This document shows, one piece after another, positions 61,522-64,000 of a stretch of DNA of 64,000 nucleotides. The notes under the pieces are model-generated. The model searched no databases, was not told the DNA's origin, and worked only from the letters and a program-made list of their open reading frames with translations. A program made the translations under genes and the position numbers. Position 1 is the first letter of the stretch. The number at the start of each line of letters is the position of its first letter. Source of the stretch: Stegostoma tigrinum (taxonomy: Eukaryota); assembly GCF_030684315.1 (NCBI RefSeq), contig NC_081386.1, positions 17,369,914-17,433,913 on the forward strand. The letters run 5' to 3'.

Positions 61522-62684
61522 TATCCCTACCCCTGGACTAGGAGGCCCAGGTTTAAGTGCTGCCTGTTCCAGAGGTGATTAATAATATTTCTGAACAGAC
61601 TCATTAGAAAGTATCCTGTTACAATTGGATCTTTCTAAAGTTGTGCCAAAGTGTTATCTGCAAATAAGATTATGCCCATGGAGTTCCCATGGTGCTACAT
61701 ATGGCAAGTTAAAACTTAGTGTCAAATAAATCTGAGTTAATTGTTTTACCAAATCATCTAACAGATGAAATGTTTCAACTGGTTTTGTATTCAAAAATGG
61801 TGCTTCGCACAGTGAATTGATGAGTCTGTTATAAGGCACCAATGGAGTTGGGAGACAGTGCCCACCAAGGGGCTGTAATTTCATGGTTGCCAACAGAATT
61901 TAACTAGAATAGTCATTTAGCAAAGATATAACTTGACTTTGACACTGACTGTAATTGTGACAGGAGTAAGGTTTGTCAGCTGGAAAGTATAAAACAAAAC
62001 CTTTTTCATTCATGTGAAGACTTCATCACTACAACTCTAAACTGAACTCAAACCACTATGTGTTTATTGGCCATCAGATTCCAGTACAAATATAGACTGT
62101 TTCAAATAGTTTCTTAAAACAGCACATCCTGGAGCTAACCAGAGAGTTAAGATATATTGGAACTATTATTATAAAACAAGACAGGGTTCCTTCATCTCAG
62201 TGAAGGTGCCCCTAGGTAGCAACTACAAGTTGACTGCATTTCACATTGCTTGGAGAGTAGTAGGCCAGCACTGAAAAAAAAGGGTAATTTGATTCCATTT
62301 TATCTCCACAGGTTCAGCTAGACCTTCTGAGATTTTCCAAAAATTTCCATTTTGGGTCAGAGACTTGTTTAAAATTATGAGGGCATGAAAGCAAAACTAA
62401 AAGTGAATTGGCAAATTAAGAGAATTAATAGATCATTAGAGATGAAGCTGCAGACATTCGAAGAGATATTTTGGCATTCAAAGAGTACACGCATTCCACA
62501 GGGATTAAGAAAAAAATTCAAGGGATAGATTCCCATTCAATTTAATTAGAAATGTTAAAGTTAATAGCAAACCTAAAAGCAGCGGCACATAATTGTGCAA
62601 AGACAGATGGTAGGTCAGAAAATTATGACTGAAGAAAAAGCAAAGAAGCACACCAGAAAGCTACCCAGAAAATATAAGAGCAGT

Positions 62685-63270
62685 CATACAGCACGGACAA
62701 AGACCCTTCAGTCCAACTCGTCCATGTTGACAAAAGTTTTCCAAACTGAACTAGTCCCACCTGCATTTGGCCCATATCCCTTTAAAGCTCTCATACCCAT
62801 GTACCTGTCCAAATGAGTTTTAAATGTTGTAACTGTACATACATCTACCACTTCCTCTGGTAGTCTGTATGAGACCACCCGCTGTTTGACAGACTTTCCC
62901 CTTAGGTCCCTTTACAATCTTTCTCCACTCACCTTAAAAATATGCCCTCCGGTTTTGGACTTCCCCACTAGGTAAAAGACCTTTGTTATTCACTTTACTT
63001 TTGCCCCTCATGATTTTATGAAACTCTAAAGGTCACCCTTTCCATGTCTGACATTCCAGTGAACATGTCCCAGCTTCTTCTTGTAACTCAAACCCTCTGG
63101 TTCGGTAACATCTTTGTTAATCTTTTCTGCATCCTCCCCAATTTAATAACATCCTTCCAATAGCAGGACGATCAGATCTGTACACAGTACTCCAAAACTA
63201 GCCTTGCCAACATCCTATACAACCACACCTGATGACCCAGCTGCTGTACTCAAACAGTCTGAGCAATGGA
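62685..63270 (-). mobile_element. CR1/HER1-type LINE 3' fragment
   Basis: Similar to 23720-24310 (gcatttggcccatatc..., gcccctcatgattttat). Confidence 0.82.
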
Positions 63271-63639
63271 GGGCAAATGGGGAGGAGCACTTCACTCGTG
63301 CCTTGTTGATGGTGGATAGTCTCTGAAGAGTCAGGCGGCAAGTTACTTTTCAGAGAATTCACAGTCTCTGAACTGCTTTTGCAGCAGAGTATTTACACAG
63401 TTGTATCATTTTGGTTTCTGGTCAATGGTCAACCCCAGAGTAGAGGATTTTTGCAATGGCAATGCGAATGTCATTCAATGTCAAGGTACAATGGTTGGAA
63501 TCTCCTGTTGCATACTGTTTCTTGCCATTTATCAGTCCAAGCCTGGATGTCGTCCAGGTACTATCGCATTTGAACACAGACTGCCTCAGTATCTGAGAAG
63601 TTGCAAGGGTGCTGAACATAATGCAAACATCAGTGAGCA

Positions 63640-63958
63640 TTTTTTTTTTTTTTTTTTTTTTTTTTTAGATTCCCTACAGTGTGGAAACAAGCCCTTTGGC
63701 CCAACAAGTCCACACTGCCCCTTGAAGTATCCCACCCAGACCCATCTCCCTATAACCTACACATCCCTGAACACTACAAGCAATTTAGCATGGCCAATCC
63801 ACCCAGTCTGCACATTTTTGAATTGTGGGAGGAAACCGGAGCACCCGGAGGAAACCCACGCAGACACGGGGAGAATGTGCAAACTCCACACAGACAGTTG
63901 CCCGAGGCTGGAATCGAACCCGGGTCCCTGGCGCTGTGAGGCTGCAGTGCTAACCACT
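63640..63958 (-). mobile_element. Young HE1-type SINE with poly(A) tail
   Basis: Near-consensus copy retaining CpGs, with a T27 run at 63640-63666. It interrupts an older LINE fragment. Confidence 0.92.
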
Positions 63959-64000
63959 CTACTTCTAAGCTCATGACAGATGGAAGGTCATTGACGAAGC

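Noticed and set aside
63880-63958. tRNA gene-like A/B boxes (also near 17150, 30350, 46190, 52110, 57340)
   Set aside because: These are SINE heads continuing into shared SINE bodies; no complete cloverleaf.
1-64000. CRISPR arrays, operons, rRNA or other prokaryotic systems
   Set aside because: The sequence is vertebrate spliceosomal gene DNA; no regularly spaced repeats or rRNA-like sequence seen.

Overview
This is eukaryotic, intron-rich genomic DNA from a cartilaginous fish, most likely a shark, judged from HE1-type tRNA-SINEs, Deu-domain SINEs, CR1/HER1-type LINEs and Penelope-like elements. It holds two convergent genes in the same tail-to-tail arrangement as in mammals. (1) A complete MINDY2 (FAM63B) deubiquitinase on + strand: CpG-island promoter near 2.8-3.5 kb, 9 coding exons 3118-32450, about 582 aa ending in CILL, with a ~3.8 kb 3'UTR. 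(2) The last 10 coding exons and 3'UTR of SLTM on - strand (61045 down to 41599). All exon boundaries were checked by hand for GT/AG and phase continuity. The most unusual observations: a ~385-bp-arm inverted repeat in the last SLTM intron with a 31-bp internal micro-inversion; many Penelope-derived tails carrying minimal hammerhead-ribozyme motifs, often inserted as short head-to-head units with 12-14 bp target-site duplications; a candidate poison exon in SLTM; and a MINDY2 5' region combining a strong-Kozak uORF, a candidate 5'UTR intron, a CRE, and Z-DNA/G4-prone tracts. Gene identities and repeat family names come from remembered sequence similarity, not database searches. Repeat boundaries are approximate.
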